A stretch of DNA of 64,000 bases from an uncultured Ruminococcus sp. (GCA_964522215.1 CAZFVR010000003.1:68561-132560), one strand, 5' to 3'. Shown: positions 38,217 through 48,743, numbered from the stretch's first letter. Numbers and translations are program-made. Notes: generated from the sequence alone by a model not told the origin.

Positions 38217-39665
38217 TTATTCTTTATCCAACGCATCGGATGCATTGTCTGCTGCAGCCTTCGAGGCACTGTCCCGGGCGGTACCAAGGTACTCCGGCAG
38301 CTTCATGCCCGCCATATCAAAAAGATCCGTCAGCGGAGGGACCGATCTGTAAAGACCGGAGATAAAGCCTGCTGTACTGCTCTTGCCGTCACCGCCCGAC
38401 TGGCCGTTATCCCATACGGTGACCTTATCGATCTTAAGGTTGCTGATCGCATCTACCTGGATGCGGGTGAGTTCCTCAAGCTTATCGGTTACCATAAGCC
38501 TTATAGCCGCGTTGGCATCGCCGCCGGCGGCGTTTATGATCCGGGAAAGACCCTCGGCCTGCTTTATAAGTATCTCTCTTGCACCTGCGGCCTCGGCCTG
38601 CATCTTCATGAGTATGGCATCCGCCTCGCCTCTTGCCTTGCGTCGCAGCTGTTCGGCCTCCGCCTCCGCCTTAAGCTCGGCTTCCTTTTTGGCTATCTCG
38701 GCGCGAACAAGAACGTCCGCCTCGAGTCTTGCTTTTTCAAGGGATGCACGCGCGCTTTCGGCATCGCGCTGTGCGGCATAGGATTCTTCAAGTGCCTTTG
38801 CAGCTTGAATATTTTCGGCTGCCACTGCGCGCTTATTGGCCTCGGCTTCCCTTTCGCGGCGGGTAGCATCAGATTCGGCTATCTTGGCCTTTGCCTCGTT
38901 CTCACCGGCGATAGCCTCGGAATTTGCACGGGAGACGTTTATTCTTTGATCCTTTTCTGCGGCAGATGCACCTATAGCACCGTTTCTGTCCGCCTCGGCA
39001 ACCGAGATCTTTGCATCGTTGATAGCTTTTGCGGCTGCTTCCTTACCCAGGGCGGCGATATATCCGCTCTCGTCATCGATATCCGTTACGTTAACGTTGA
39101 TAAGGCGAAGACCTATCTTTTTAAGCTCTGTTTCTACGTTGCCGGATACGGCATCAAGGAATTTATCACGGTCGGTATTGATCTCCTCAATATCCATCGT
39201 GGCAATTACAAGACGAAGCTGACCAAAGATTATATCCTTTGCAAGCTCCTGTATCTCCGCAAGCTTCAGCCCCAGCAAACGCTCGGCGGCGTTTTGCATC
39301 ACGCCTACCTCGGTGGAGATACCAACGGTAAAGCGAGACGGAACATCAACACGTATGTTTTGGTGCGACAGTGCATTTGTAAGATCCACCGGGATTGACA
39401 GCGGGGTAAGATCAAGGTAATCATAGGACTGTACTATCGGAACGATAAACGCCGCGCCGCCGTGTATGCACTTGGCGGAGCGCTGTGTGCCGTCACGATT
39501 GGTGCCAACCTTACCATATATGACCATTATCTTATCCGAGGGACATTTTTTATACCTCGAAGCAAATACGACGATAAAGGCAAACAGGACAATGGCGATA
39601 GCAAAAACTATCATTGGTACGGTGGCGGAGAGCCCACCGGCCAGGAGAGGTACGAGATGTGTCAT
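38217..39665 (-). CDS. Flotillin / SPFH-domain protein (FloT/YuaG-like)
   Basis: 482 aa from MTHLVPLL (RBS AGAAAGGA upstream). N-terminal TM, SPFH domain, and a long Ala/Glu-rich flotillin coiled-coil repeat region. Confidence 0.85.
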   Translation of the reverse strand: MTHLVPLLAGGLSATVPMIVFAIAIVLFAFIVVFASRYKKCPSDKIMVIYGKVGTNRDGTQRSAKCIHGGAAFIVPIVQSYDYLDLTPLSIPVDLTNALSHQNIRVDVPSRFTVGISTEVGVMQNAAERLLGLKLAEIQELAKDIIFGQLRLVIATMDIEEINTDRDKFLDAVSGNVETELKKIGLRLINVNVTDIDDESGYIAALGKEAAAKAINDAKISVAEADRNGAIGASAAEKDQRINVSRANSEAIAGENEAKAKIAESDATRREREAEANKRAVAAENIQAAKALEESYAAQRDAESARASLEKARLEADVLVRAEIAKKEAELKAEAEAEQLRRKARGEADAILMKMQAEAAGAREILIKQAEGLSRIINAAGGDANAAIRLMVTDKLEELTRIQVDAISNLKIDKVTVWDNGQSGGDGKSSTAGFISGLYRSVPPLTDLFDMAGMKLPEYLGTARDSASKAAADNASDALDKE

Positions 39666-39743
39666 TTGATAGATCCTTTCTGATTTGATTGATTGTTTGT
39701 AATACAATGTATTATCATTTTGATCCGGTAACCGCAGGAGAGC

Positions 39744-40511
39744 TTATTCGATGGGATATTCAATGCCTTGCTGCTCGCCTGCACGGGATATGCGCGTGCC
39801 TATCTCATCGATATACAAGTCAGCATCAGCGGCGGCAAGGACCGGTAGATCCGCGGCTGTTGTGCCGTCGGTGCGGGTGAGTATTATATGGCGGTATTTT
39901 GTTTTGCCGACATATACCTTGTCGCTTGCCTCGGTATCCTCGTATCTAACGCCGGAAAGTGATGTATAGGGCAGCTCGATAAAAGACTCTCGCATACTGC
40001 CATCGGTAATATCAACATATCTCTCACCGATGCAGATCGATGCGGGCTTTAGCATAAAGCCGGAGAGTGAATAAACAGAGGAGCGCTCTCGCCCGTCCCC
40101 ACCGCGCTTAAAGAGCGCGTGCTCATCATCAAAAAAGTATGTACCGAAAAATATCGGCTCTGTATGGTGGGCGGAAGAATGATCACCGTAGCGTTGTTCG
40201 TTTTTATAGCGCCGCACATCTGTCTTTACAAATTTCTCATTAAAGCTCCCCTCAAAAGCCTCGCAGAGAGATGCGGCGTTCTCATCTATCTCCGAATCCT
40301 TTATCCTGACCGCCGAGATGGTAGTGGCAAGGATCACACCAACAACGAGCAACGGTAGACCTATCATCATCATAAGCCCCTGCGGCAAGCCGTGTGTGCC
40401 GGCTAAAAAAACGACCATGATAAAGCCGATGGCGATAAGCGCGGCTGCAATGACGATGGGATAGACTTTATTTACCTGCTCAAAATACTTTTTATTGCGA
40501 CGATAGTTCAT
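39744..40511 (-). CDS. Hypothetical membrane protein encoded within the flotillin operon
   Basis: 255 aa. Two N-terminal TM helices followed by a soluble roughly 170-aa domain of unknown function. Same strand as, and tightly linked to, the flotillin and NfeD-like genes. Confidence 0.5.
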   Translation of the reverse strand: MNYRRNKKYFEQVNKVYPIVIAAALIAIGFIMVVFLAGTHGLPQGLMMMIGLPLLVVGVILATTISAVRIKDSEIDENAASLCEAFEGSFNEKFVKTDVRRYKNEQRYGDHSSAHHTEPIFFGTYFFDDEHALFKRGGDGRERSSVYSLSGFMLKPASICIGERYVDITDGSMRESFIELPYTSLSGVRYEDTEASDKVYVGKTKYRHIILTRTDGTTAADLPVLAAADADLYIDEIGTRISRAGEQQGIEYPIE

Positions 40512-40751
40512 GCTTTGTGATTCCTCTAAGTTACTCGGTCTCCTTGCGGATAGCTTTTATTTGTAGTAAGGCAACACCGCGCAATTCACGGCCGGAGCTT
40601 TTTCGTCCACTTGCTTACATAAGATCTATATTTCACAATTTTCCTTAGCGCAGGATAAGCTACGCGCGCAAAAAATTGTATCATCTGACGAATTTTCTGA
40701 CGGCACAATTGAACGAAAAGATTTGTGCGGTGGTGCCTTAAATTTCTTATT

Positions 40752-41357
40752 TTATTTCTTTGCGTTGCCGTCCAGCGGCTCGACCACCAAAACATCGCCG
40801 TCTCCTACGGCAACGACTCTTACATATCGGCCTGTAGCCAATGCTTCACTGTTTGCGGTGATAGCACTGTACTCGCAAAACTTTTCCTGAAGGGTGATGG
40901 TCACCTTGCCGGAACCCTGCCCTGCGGCGGGGATGGGTATGTATATCTGCGCCACCTTACCGACGGCGTTTGAGATATCTATGTTGCCCGACGACTGCAA
41001 ACGCAGAATGCCGCGCATTAAAAATGCGATGCCGACGAGCGTTGCAATACCCGCCGCGACCGAAATGAGCACCGCCGCCCAATCGGGAAGCGAGGTCTCA
41101 AGCAGACCGACGCCGAGCCAGCCTGTGATGCAGAGCATTGAAAGTATACCGCGCACCGAGAAAAGCGTAAGGCCGTCATCGATCGATGCGGCATCTATAT
41201 CGGTATCCGGTATACCGTCGCCGTCAAGATCTATGCCGTCGTCCCCGATACCGATGAGTTGAAGCACCGTTTGGATGATGAGCAATGCCGTTGACGGTAT
41301 GGCTATCAGTGCAAATATCTGCTGAACCAGTTCAAGTCCGTTCCACCAGTTTATCAT
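40752..41357 (-). CDS. NfeD-like (YuaF-type) membrane protein, flotillin partner
   Basis: 201 aa. TM segments plus a C-terminal OB-fold-like region (GKVTITLQEKFCEYSAITANSEALATGRYVRVVAVGDGDVLVVEP). Acidic loop GIGDDGIDLDGDGIPDTDIDAASIDDG. Confidence 0.6.
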   Translation of the reverse strand: MINWWNGLELVQQIFALIAIPSTALLIIQTVLQLIGIGDDGIDLDGDGIPDTDIDAASIDDGLTLFSVRGILSMLCITGWLGVGLLETSLPDWAAVLISVAAGIATLVGIAFLMRGILRLQSSGNIDISNAVGKVAQIYIPIPAAGQGSGKVTITLQEKFCEYSAITANSEALATGRYVRVVAVGDGDVLVVEPLDGNAKK

Positions 41358-41406
41358 AACAATAGATTCCTTTCAGTATAGTTTATATAGGTCGCGCAAC
41401 TGCGGC

Positions 41407-41991
41407 TCAGGCTTTCATCAAACGATCGACCATTGCATCCGACCCGGATTTAATAATAGATGCATAATACGCGATCACGATTATCTCAAGCGCTGAGTTG
41501 AGGCGACGGCGCGCGCCGCCGATCTTTTCCTCATAATCGGATGTGACCCTTGCAATGCACTCACGAAGCGTAGTCTCGTCCGTTTCGCCGCCAAAGATCA
41601 TAAGTTCGTCAAGTATACGGCAGATGTAATCATAGAGCCGTGAATCTCTGATGATGTCGTCCGAACGGTCATATACACGCCCGTTGATGTATGATATTAA
41701 AAAAGCTATCTTATCAAGCTGCATGCAGGAGCGGAGCATATTTATTATCAGGATATGCGCCAGCTGATCGATATCATACTTTTTAAGTTTTGCGTTGGCC
41801 ACCCAGCCGCGTTTGGTCCAGTTTTGCAGTGTAGACCCGTCAATGCCGGATATCTCCCTGATCTGCGACAGCATTATGCCATCCTGAATGTAAAATATCT
41901 TCTTCAAAAAATCCATTCCGGTAACATTCCCCATCGCTTCGCGGCGGAGCACGGTTCCGGGAATGTACACATCATTGATCTGAAGATTCAT
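41407..41991 (-). CDS. DUF1836-family protein
   Basis: LQNWTKRGWVANAKLKKYDIDQLAHILIINMLRSCMQLDKIAFLI matches the DUF1836 signature. Confidence 0.55.
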   Translation of the reverse strand: MNLQINDVYIPGTVLRREAMGNVTGMDFLKKIFYIQDGIMLSQIREISGIDGSTLQNWTKRGWVANAKLKKYDIDQLAHILIINMLRSCMQLDKIAFLISYINGRVYDRSDDIIRDSRLYDYICRILDELMIFGGETDETTLRECIARVTSDYEEKIGGARRRLNSALEIIVIAYYASIIKSGSDAMVDRLMKA

Positions 41992-42112
41992 TTCTTTCCT
42001 CCTTATTCATCCGTCTTGCGATGATTTTATTATATCACGCAGTCATTGGATTGTCAATATTCGAGCATAATTTTTTTGTTCTTTTATAGGATTTATGGTC
42101 GGCAGCAATGCA

Positions 42113-42775
42113 TCACATACCCAAGGCAGCCGGCAGCTCGCTGATATCCGCAAGTTCAAGATCTGCCGTGTATCCCTCGCCGGCGGGTGTATATTTTGCA
42201 AAAAAGCCTTGATGCACACGCACCGTCATCATGCCGCACTCATGCGCGGGCTTTATATCGTTATCCGCTCTGTCACCCACCATCACGGCTTCCCCGGCGG
42301 TGCAGCCCGCCGCATCGAGCGCTGCAAGGAATATATCCGGCGCAGGCTTTTCCATACCGCACTCGGCGCTTGCCATTATAACTGATATATTATCTTCAAG
42401 CCCAAAGCGGTGCAGACGTTCGGCTGCGCCCGGCAGTTGATTTGCAATGATGCCGAGCTTATATTTTTTTGCAAGGCGAGAGAGGACCTCGGCCGCCGCG
42501 GGATAAGGGCGCTCTCCCTCCGCAGTGTACGGGATATGCTCGACCCCTATGCTCTCGCAGGTGCGGCCTATCGGCGAATGCCCCGCCGCGCCGAATGCCT
42601 CGGCTCTCATCATAAATTCATCAAGTGTCAGGTATACCCCGTGCTCTGCCGCACGCGCTATGGCGATCTCGGCGCGGCGACAATGCTCACCATACTCATC
42701 CACCAATGTGTATCCCATATCAAAAAAGATCCATTTTGCCTGCTTAAGCTTCTCGCAAGCTTGATTCATATCCAT
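42113..42775 (-). CDS. HAD-family hydrolase
   Basis: FFDMGYTLVDE (DxG nucleophile motif) and VMVGDRADNDIKPA. Start chosen at MDMNQ; the ORF track extends to 42904. Confidence 0.7.
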   Translation of the reverse strand: MDMNQACEKLKQAKWIFFDMGYTLVDEYGEHCRRAEIAIARAAEHGVYLTLDEFMMRAEAFGAAGHSPIGRTCESIGVEHIPYTAEGERPYPAAAEVLSRLAKKYKLGIIANQLPGAAERLHRFGLEDNISVIMASAECGMEKPAPDIFLAALDAAGCTAGEAVMVGDRADNDIKPAHECGMMTVRVHQGFFAKYTPAGEGYTADLELADISELPAALGM

Positions 42776-42960
42776 TTTCAAATTCTCGCTAACGATTTTT
42801 TTGTTTTTTGGCGCGATCGCCGTTATTGTTCGGTCATACCGCTCTGATGCAGCAGCGCCTGCTCGGCTGTGATACTGCGGCATCCACTGTGTATATTTTA
42901 TCATATTCGGCGCGATATTGCAATGACCGTGACGAAAAAACTGAGGGTATATTTATAATT

Positions 42961-43566
42961 ATGAAGATAAGTTTTTTTAAGATAGGAGCGCTCCCCGCCG
43001 CGCTTATTGCGATAATGCTTATATTTCAGCCGCCGGACATTGCCCTACCCTCTCTTGCGGCGGCGGTGATACACGAATGCGGGCATCTTTTTGCGTCGCG
43101 TGCCCTGGGGATAGGCTTGCATTCGCTTGAAATAGGTCCGCTCGGCGCTACGATAAAAACGCACGGCGCACTGATATCATACGGCAGAGAGTGGACTCTT
43201 TGCGCGGCGGGACCCGGCGCCAATCTTGTATCCGCCGCGCTGACATATCTGCTGTTTGCCGACACCGCGGAATTCAGCTCTCACGGTACGGCATTTAATT
43301 TTTTTGCCGTGTCGCTATCTCTGGCCGCTCTAAATCTTTTGCCGATCGACGGCTTTGACGGCGGGAGGATGCTGGCGGCTACCGTATGCCGCGCACTTGG
43401 TCCGCGCGTCTCCGCCGCCATGGTGGATGTTGGAACGCTCCTGTCCCTTTTGATGCTTTGGGGGCTTTCGGTATATCTTTTGCTTTGCCACGGCTCATCC
43501 CTCTCGCTTTTTGTTTTTTCCGCCTCTGTATTTTGCCGTGTGTTTTTGGAGGGGGACAGGGGATAG
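42961..43566 (+). CDS. Site-2 protease (M50) family membrane metallopeptidase, short form
   Basis: HECGH (HExxH) in a TM helix and NLLPIDGFDGGRML (LDG motif). 201 aa from MKISFF. Confidence 0.7.
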   Translation: MKISFFKIGALPAALIAIMLIFQPPDIALPSLAAAVIHECGHLFASRALGIGLHSLEIGPLGATIKTHGALISYGREWTLCAAGPGANLVSAALTYLLFADTAEFSSHGTAFNFFAVSLSLAALNLLPIDGFDGGRMLAATVCRALGPRVSAAMVDVGTLLSLLMLWGLSVYLLLCHGSSLSLFVFSASVFCRVFLEGDRG

Positions 43567-43610
43567 ATCGATCGCGCGGCCGCAGACTGCGGGGATGAGG
43601 ACGACAGAGA

Positions 43611-43718
43611 TTTTTTGAGGATTTAAGAGTTATTTTGAGAAATACCTGCCTTTTTTTGAGTTTTTGCGAGCATTCGGGCGCAGATTTTGATTTTTTTCGA
43701 TTTTTGGGCAACTTTTTT
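43611..43718 (+). promoter_or_regulatory. Phased T-tract (intrinsically curved DNA) region upstream of the pot promoter
   Basis: T4-T7 runs centred at about 43613, 43634, 43654, 43663, 43686, 43694, 43703 and 43715. The spacing is close to multiples of 10 bp. Confidence 0.35.
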
Positions 43719-43729
43719 ATCAAATACTA

Positions 43730-43758
43730 TTGCAAAAGCACGCATTATCTGCTACAAT
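43730..43758 (+). promoter_or_regulatory. Sigma-A promoter of potABCD (TTGCAA-17-TACAAT)
   Basis: Near-consensus hexamers, followed by a leader of about 170 nt before potA. Confidence 0.45.
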
Positions 43759-43929
43759 ATGAGCGGAAAACGAGGTACGCAGGTACACACGGCTTTTTTA
43801 CAAACCGCCGGGCATAAGTTTGCTGCCGATGGCAGAACCTATTTTATGTTCCGTGCGGTTTGTATTGCTTTTTTCCGTTGTGTGACATAGACCCGTTCCG
43901 GATTTTTTATACCAAAGGAAAGTATCGGA

Positions 43930-45051
43930 ATGAACAATGAAAAGCTTGTGGAGCTACACTCAGTCTCCAAGGAATTTGACGGCGAACAGGTGCTTCGCTC
44001 GATCGACCTCGACGTACACAACGAGGAATTTGTAACTCTTCTCGGTCCCTCCGGTTGCGGCAAGACCACAACACTGAGGATAATAGGCGGCTTTGTTACG
44101 CCCGACTCGGGAGATGTGATGTTTGAGGGTAAACGCATTAACGATCTGCCACCCTACAAACGGCAGGTCAACACCGTTTTCCAACGTTATGCGCTCTTCC
44201 CCCACCTTAACGTTTACGAAAATATAGCATTCGGACTGCGGCTTAAAAAGATGCCGGACGCCCAGATCCGCGAGGAAGTAAAGAGCATGCTCTCCCTTGT
44301 CAACCTCAAGGGCTTTGAGACCCGCCGCGTGACCAATCTTTCCGGCGGTCAGCAGCAGCGCGTGGCAATAGCACGTGCGCTTATCAATCGCCCCAAGCTC
44401 CTTTTGCTTGACGAGCCTCTCGGAGCGCTGGATCTTAAGCTCCGCAAGGACATGCAGGTGGAGCTGAAGCAGATGCAGCGCCGTACCGGCATTACCTTTA
44501 TTTATGTTACGCATGATCAAGAGGAGGCACTCTCAATGTCCGACACGATAGTGGTTATGGCGGACGGCAAGATACAGCAGATAGGCACTCCCGAAAAGAT
44601 ATACAACGAGCCGGAAAACGCTTTTGTTGCCGACTTTATTGGTGAATCGAATATAGTTTCCGGTGTTATGAACGAGGACTACCTCGTCTCCTTTGCCGGC
44701 CAAAAGTTTAAATGCGAGGATCACGGCTTTGCCAAAAACGAGCCTGTTGACGTTGTGGTTCGCCCGGAGGATATCGATATCGTTCCCGTTGGCGAGAGCA
44801 TGCTGACCGGCCGCGTTACAAGCGTTACTTTCAAGGGCGACTATTACGAGGTCATCGCCGACATTGATAACTTTAAATGGATGATAGAGACCACCGACCG
44901 CTTTGCGCCGGGTCAGACCATCGGCATCTCTATCGACCCCAACGAGATACAGGTAATGCGCCGCTCCGAATATTCCGGCAAATTCGGCGACTATTCCACC
45001 TTCAGCGATGAGATGGAGCATCTCTCCGACATTGTGGAGGCAGAGGAATGA
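43930..45051 (+). CDS. potA: Spermidine/putrescine ABC transporter ATP-binding protein
   Basis: 373 aa. Walker [10 protein letters not shown] signature, and a C-terminal TOBE-like domain. RBS AAAGGAAAG upstream. Confidence 0.95.
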   Translation: MNNEKLVELHSVSKEFDGEQVLRSIDLDVHNEEFVTLLGPSGCGKTTTLRIIGGFVTPDSGDVMFEGKRINDLPPYKRQVNTVFQRYALFPHLNVYENIAFGLRLKKMPDAQIREEVKSMLSLVNLKGFETRRVTNLSGGQQQRVAIARALINRPKLLLLDEPLGALDLKLRKDMQVELKQMQRRTGITFIYVTHDQEEALSMSDTIVVMADGKIQQIGTPEKIYNEPENAFVADFIGESNIVSGVMNEDYLVSFAGQKFKCEDHGFAKNEPVDVVVRPEDIDIVPVGESMLTGRVTSVTFKGDYYEVIADIDNFKWMIETTDRFAPGQTIGISIDPNEIQVMRRSEYSGKFGDYSTFSDEMEHLSDIVEAEE

Positions 45052-45887
45052 CACCGAAAAAAAGAAGTCTTTTGCGCTCCGCTGCAGCCGCGCCGCACAT
45101 AGTGTGGTCGGTGCTGTTTATTGTTGCACCGCTGATATTCGTGCTTTATTACGCGTTTACCGACAGCGAGGGCAACTTTACCTTTGAAAATATCACATCC
45201 CTTGCAGATTACTCGGAGACCTTTATGCTCTCGGTCTGCTTTGCGATAATCGCCACCGTCGTTTGCCTTTTGATAGCCTACCCGCTGGCATATGCCATAT
45301 CCCGCACCGGGGCACGCACACAGCGCGCGCTGATTATGCTTGCCATGCTCCCCATGTGGATGAACCTGCTTATCAGGACCTACTCCATGCTTGCCATCCT
45401 TGATGACGGCGGCTTTTTGAACAAGCTTGTAACATCGATAGGACTGCCGGAGCTTCACATAGTCGGCACGCCCGGCGCGGTGATATTCGGTATGGTATAT
45501 AATTTCTTCCCCTATATGCTCCTGCCGATATACACTACCATGTCAAAAATGGACACGCGTCTCATCGAAGCGGCGCAGGATCTCGGCTGCAACAGCCTTG
45601 GTGTGCTTCGCAGTGTGATATTTCCCCTCTCCGTCTCCGGTGTCATCTCCGGAGTTACAATGGTCTTTGTCCCCTCCATCAGCACCTTTTACATCTCGCA
45701 AAAGCTGGGCGGCGGCACATTTGATCTGATAGGAGACACTATAGAGCGTCAGTTCCAACGCCCCGACACATATAATGTAGGCGCGTCGATATCGCTCGTT
45801 ATGATGATACTTATCCTTATCTCTATCGCCGTCATGAACCACTTTGCGGGGGAGGACGAGGATGTAAGCGGAGGTATGATAGTATGA
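45048..45887 (+). CDS. potB: Spermidine/putrescine ABC transporter permease
   Basis: 279 aa, 6 TM helices. Overlaps the potA stop (translational coupling). Confidence 0.9.
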   Translation: MTPKKRSLLRSAAAAPHIVWSVLFIVAPLIFVLYYAFTDSEGNFTFENITSLADYSETFMLSVCFAIIATVVCLLIAYPLAYAISRTGARTQRALIMLAMLPMWMNLLIRTYSMLAILDDGGFLNKLVTSIGLPELHIVGTPGAVIFGMVYNFFPYMLLPIYTTMSKMDTRLIEAAQDLGCNSLGVLRSVIFPLSVSGVISGVTMVFVPSISTFYISQKLGGGTFDLIGDTIERQFQRPDTYNVGASISLVMMILILISIAVMNHFAGEDEDVSGGMIV

Positions 45888-46729
45888 AGCATCTTTCCCG
45901 TGTTTTTATAGCAATCTGCTATATCATTCTTTACGCGCCGATAGCGGTGCTTATCCTCTTTTCCTTTAACAGCACCGCAAGCACAGGTGTGTTTTCCGGT
46001 TTCTCGCTCTACTGGTACAGCGAGCTGTTCCGCAGCAGTGATGTTTTCGGCGCACTTCGCAACACCCTGATCCTTGCTGTCAGCTCATCGCTGACCGCCA
46101 CGGTGATAGGCACATGTGCCGCCGTGGGGCTTGATCGCATGCGCTCACGCCGTGCGCGCGCTGCGGTGACATCGATCACCAATATTCCAATGATGAACCC
46201 CGATATCGTCACCGGTGTTTCAATGATGCTCCTTTTTGTTTTTGTTGGCACAATGATAGGCGCGACAGAGGACAAGCTTAATTTTTGGACTCTTTTTGCC
46301 GCGCATGTTACATTCAACCTGCCCTACGTGATACTGAACGTCACGCCAAAACTCAAGAGCATGGATCGCAACCTACCGGAGGCGGCACTGGATCTTGGCT
46401 GTACGCCGCTTCAGTCCTTTTTCCGCGTAGAGCTTCCCGCAATACTGCCGGGTGTGCTCAGTGGTCTCATAATGGCATTCACCCTTTCGCTTGACGATTT
46501 CGTTATCAGCTATTTCACCTCCGGCAGTGATTTTCAAACACTCCCCATACTCATCTACTCAATGACCAAAAAAGAGGTCAAGCCGGATATTTACGCCCTC
46601 TCCACCCTAATTATAATATCTATCCTTGTGCTTTTGCTCCTCTCAAACTTCATCAGCGATCGTTCTGAGAGCAGCAAGAAAAAAGCTCAAAGAGGCCGCA
46701 GTGCGGCAAAAGGAGGTGCGACAAAGTGA
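45884..46729 (+). CDS. potC: Spermidine/putrescine ABC transporter permease
   Basis: 281 aa. Overlaps the potB stop. Confidence 0.9.
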   Translation: MKHLSRVFIAICYIILYAPIAVLILFSFNSTASTGVFSGFSLYWYSELFRSSDVFGALRNTLILAVSSSLTATVIGTCAAVGLDRMRSRRARAAVTSITNIPMMNPDIVTGVSMMLLFVFVGTMIGATEDKLNFWTLFAAHVTFNLPYVILNVTPKLKSMDRNLPEAALDLGCTPLQSFFRVELPAILPGVLSGLIMAFTLSLDDFVISYFTSGSDFQTLPILIYSMTKKEVKPDIYALSTLIIISILVLLLLSNFISDRSESSKKKAQRGRSAAKGGATK

Positions 46730-47991
46730 GACCGGAGATCAAAAATCACGCAAAAACAAAAGCGACATCGCGCCGGCGCATTGCCGCCACCGTTGCCGTC
46801 CTGGCTCTCACAGCGCTGCTCCTCCCCGCACTTTCTGCCTGCAGCGGCAGTGACGGCGGCACGGTAACACTCAATGTTTACAACTGGGGCGAATATATCT
46901 CCGATGGCTCGGAGGGTACATTTGACACCAATGCAGAATTTGAGGCTTGGTACTTTGAAAACTTCGGCAAGCGGGTGCGCGTTAACTACACGACCTATGC
47001 CTCAAACGAAGATATGTACGCCAAGCTCAAAAGCGGCGCGGTGAGATATGATATCGTCATTCCCTCCGATTACATGATAGAGCTGATGATAGAGGAGGGG
47101 ATGCTTGAAGAGATAGACTTTTCAAACATTCCGAATTATCAGTACATCCTTGATGATTACAAGGGCTTGTTTTACGATCCCGAAAACAAATACTCCGTCC
47201 CTTTCTCATACGGCATGGTGGGCATAATCTACAACACTTCGATGGTGGAGGGCGAGCCCGACAGTTGGGAACTTATGTGGGACGAACGCTACAGCGGCAA
47301 GGTACTGAACTTTAACAACCCGCGTGATGCCTTTGGCACGGCTATGTACCGTCTTGGTATTGACGTTAATACAACGGCACACGAGGATTGGGATCTTGCC
47401 TTTGAGGCGCTCAAGGCACAAAAGCCGCTGGTGCAGAGCTATGTAATGGATGAGATCTTCAACAAAATGAAGGGCGCATCCGCCGCCATCGCTCCGTATT
47501 ATGCAGGTGACTTTCTGACCATGTACGGCGACAACGAGGATCTGGCATTCTTTTACCCCCGCGAGGGCACGAATGTTTTTGTTGATGCCGTGTGCATTCC
47601 GCGCGGAACGCAGCACAAGGATGTGGCCGAGGCTTATATAAACTTTCTCCTTTCAGAGGAGGCGGCTGTCGCAAATGCCGAGTATATCGGCTACGCATGC
47701 CCCAACAAGCTTGTACGCGAAAATGCCGATTACATCGAGGCCATGAACGAGATGCATCCGGATGCGTACACCATCCTCTACCCTGAAAATATTGACTTTC
47801 TTACATCTTATTACGAGAACCTCTCAAACGAAACACGCGATTACATGAATTCGCGTTGGGAGGATCTTAAGATCGAAAGCTCCATTGGCGGCGGCATATA
47901 CACCACAAGCGCGGTGATAGTTATAGCTCTTATTGCATGGGCGGTTTACAGCGCCATAAAAAAGAGATATCGCGCCAAGTTCTATGTTTGA
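46726..47991 (+). CDS. potD: Spermidine/putrescine-binding lipoprotein with extra C-terminal TM anchor
   Basis: 421 aa. RRR-containing signal with lipobox LSAC, a PotD-fold body, and a C-terminal hydrophobic helix plus KKRYRAK. Confidence 0.9.
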   Translation: MRPEIKNHAKTKATSRRRIAATVAVLALTALLLPALSACSGSDGGTVTLNVYNWGEYISDGSEGTFDTNAEFEAWYFENFGKRVRVNYTTYASNEDMYAKLKSGAVRYDIVIPSDYMIELMIEEGMLEEIDFSNIPNYQYILDDYKGLFYDPENKYSVPFSYGMVGIIYNTSMVEGEPDSWELMWDERYSGKVLNFNNPRDAFGTAMYRLGIDVNTTAHEDWDLAFEALKAQKPLVQSYVMDEIFNKMKGASAAIAPYYAGDFLTMYGDNEDLAFFYPREGTNVFVDAVCIPRGTQHKDVAEAYINFLLSEEAAVANAEYIGYACPNKLVRENADYIEAMNEMHPDAYTILYPENIDFLTSYYENLSNETRDYMNSRWEDLKIESSIGGGIYTTSAVIVIALIAWAVYSAIKKRYRAKFYV

Positions 47992-48127
47992 GCGCAGGTC
48001 GAAAAAAGTTAAAGTCAATACCGATACCGGATCCCGACTTTACCCGCAACATTGCGATCAAACAAAATACAAAATAAAATAAAAATATATCGCTGTGGCA
48101 TTTAAGTGTCACAGCGCAGACCAAAAA

Positions 48128-48169
48128 AGCGTTCTCGCCATGGATCCCCACGGCGAGAACGCTTTTTTG
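48128..48169. terminator. Bidirectional intrinsic terminator
   Basis: AAAAAAGCGTTCTCGCC...GGCGAGAACGCTTTTTTG. A second weaker hairpin lies at about 48091-48115. Confidence 0.75.
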
Positions 48170-48240
48170 TATTGGTACAGAAGATCTAATAAAAGGACCG
48201 AAGCGCCGAGAACAAGGCACCCCAAGATACTCTTGCTCTT

Positions 48241-48711
48241 TTAGTTGCGCGAGCATTTTTCGGCATCGATGGCGAGCACGAGCATGAGTGCGCACACCGC
48301 ATCATCGGGCGAGACTACGTCTATTGCATATGTATCGGTAAATTTAAAAAGTTCTTTGGAAACGGTGGCAATGTGCCCTCCGCGAGCATCCACTATATCG
48401 TAATCCCACTCAAAAAAGTCGCCCTTTACCTGCCAGCCGTTACAATCGATATTAAAGCGCGGAGTAAAAAGGGAGAACTCTTTGTTTATACAGCCGACAT
48501 AGCTATCACCAAGATACATCTCAAATTTAGGGAACCATGTAAGCACGCGCTCCTTGATATACCCCACCTCGCGCCCGGCGGCATCGTATATGCGCAAAAG
48601 ATGCCCCCACGCAAGCTCGCCGCGCACGACATAAGCACGCTCCCCTGCCTCATTATATATATCGTAGCTATCGAACCAAGAGAAAAATCTTTGCTTGAAA
48701 AGTAGTTTCAT
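48241..48711 (-). CDS. LURP-one-related / DUF567 (YxjI, tubby-like) family protein
   Basis: 156 aa. The pattern (FDIYNEAGERAYVVRGEL...DYDIVDARGGHIATVSKELFKFTDTYAIDV) is typical of the family. It lies 32 nt downstream of the repressor gene on the same strand. Confidence 0.7.
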   Translation of the reverse strand: MKLLFKQRFFSWFDSYDIYNEAGERAYVVRGELAWGHLLRIYDAAGREVGYIKERVLTWFPKFEMYLGDSYVGCINKEFSLFTPRFNIDCNGWQVKGDFFEWDYDIVDARGGHIATVSKELFKFTDTYAIDVVSPDDAVCALMLVLAIDAEKCSRN

Positions 48712-48743
48712 TTGTTTCTTACTTTATTTATGTGCGCCCGACA

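Noticed and set aside
38199-39398. 399-aa ORF on the plus strand, rich in Cys/Gly/Leu
   Set aside because: It is entirely antisense to the flotillin gene; an open frame there is the expected mirror of the Ala/Glu-rich coding repeats, and there is no RBS or homology.
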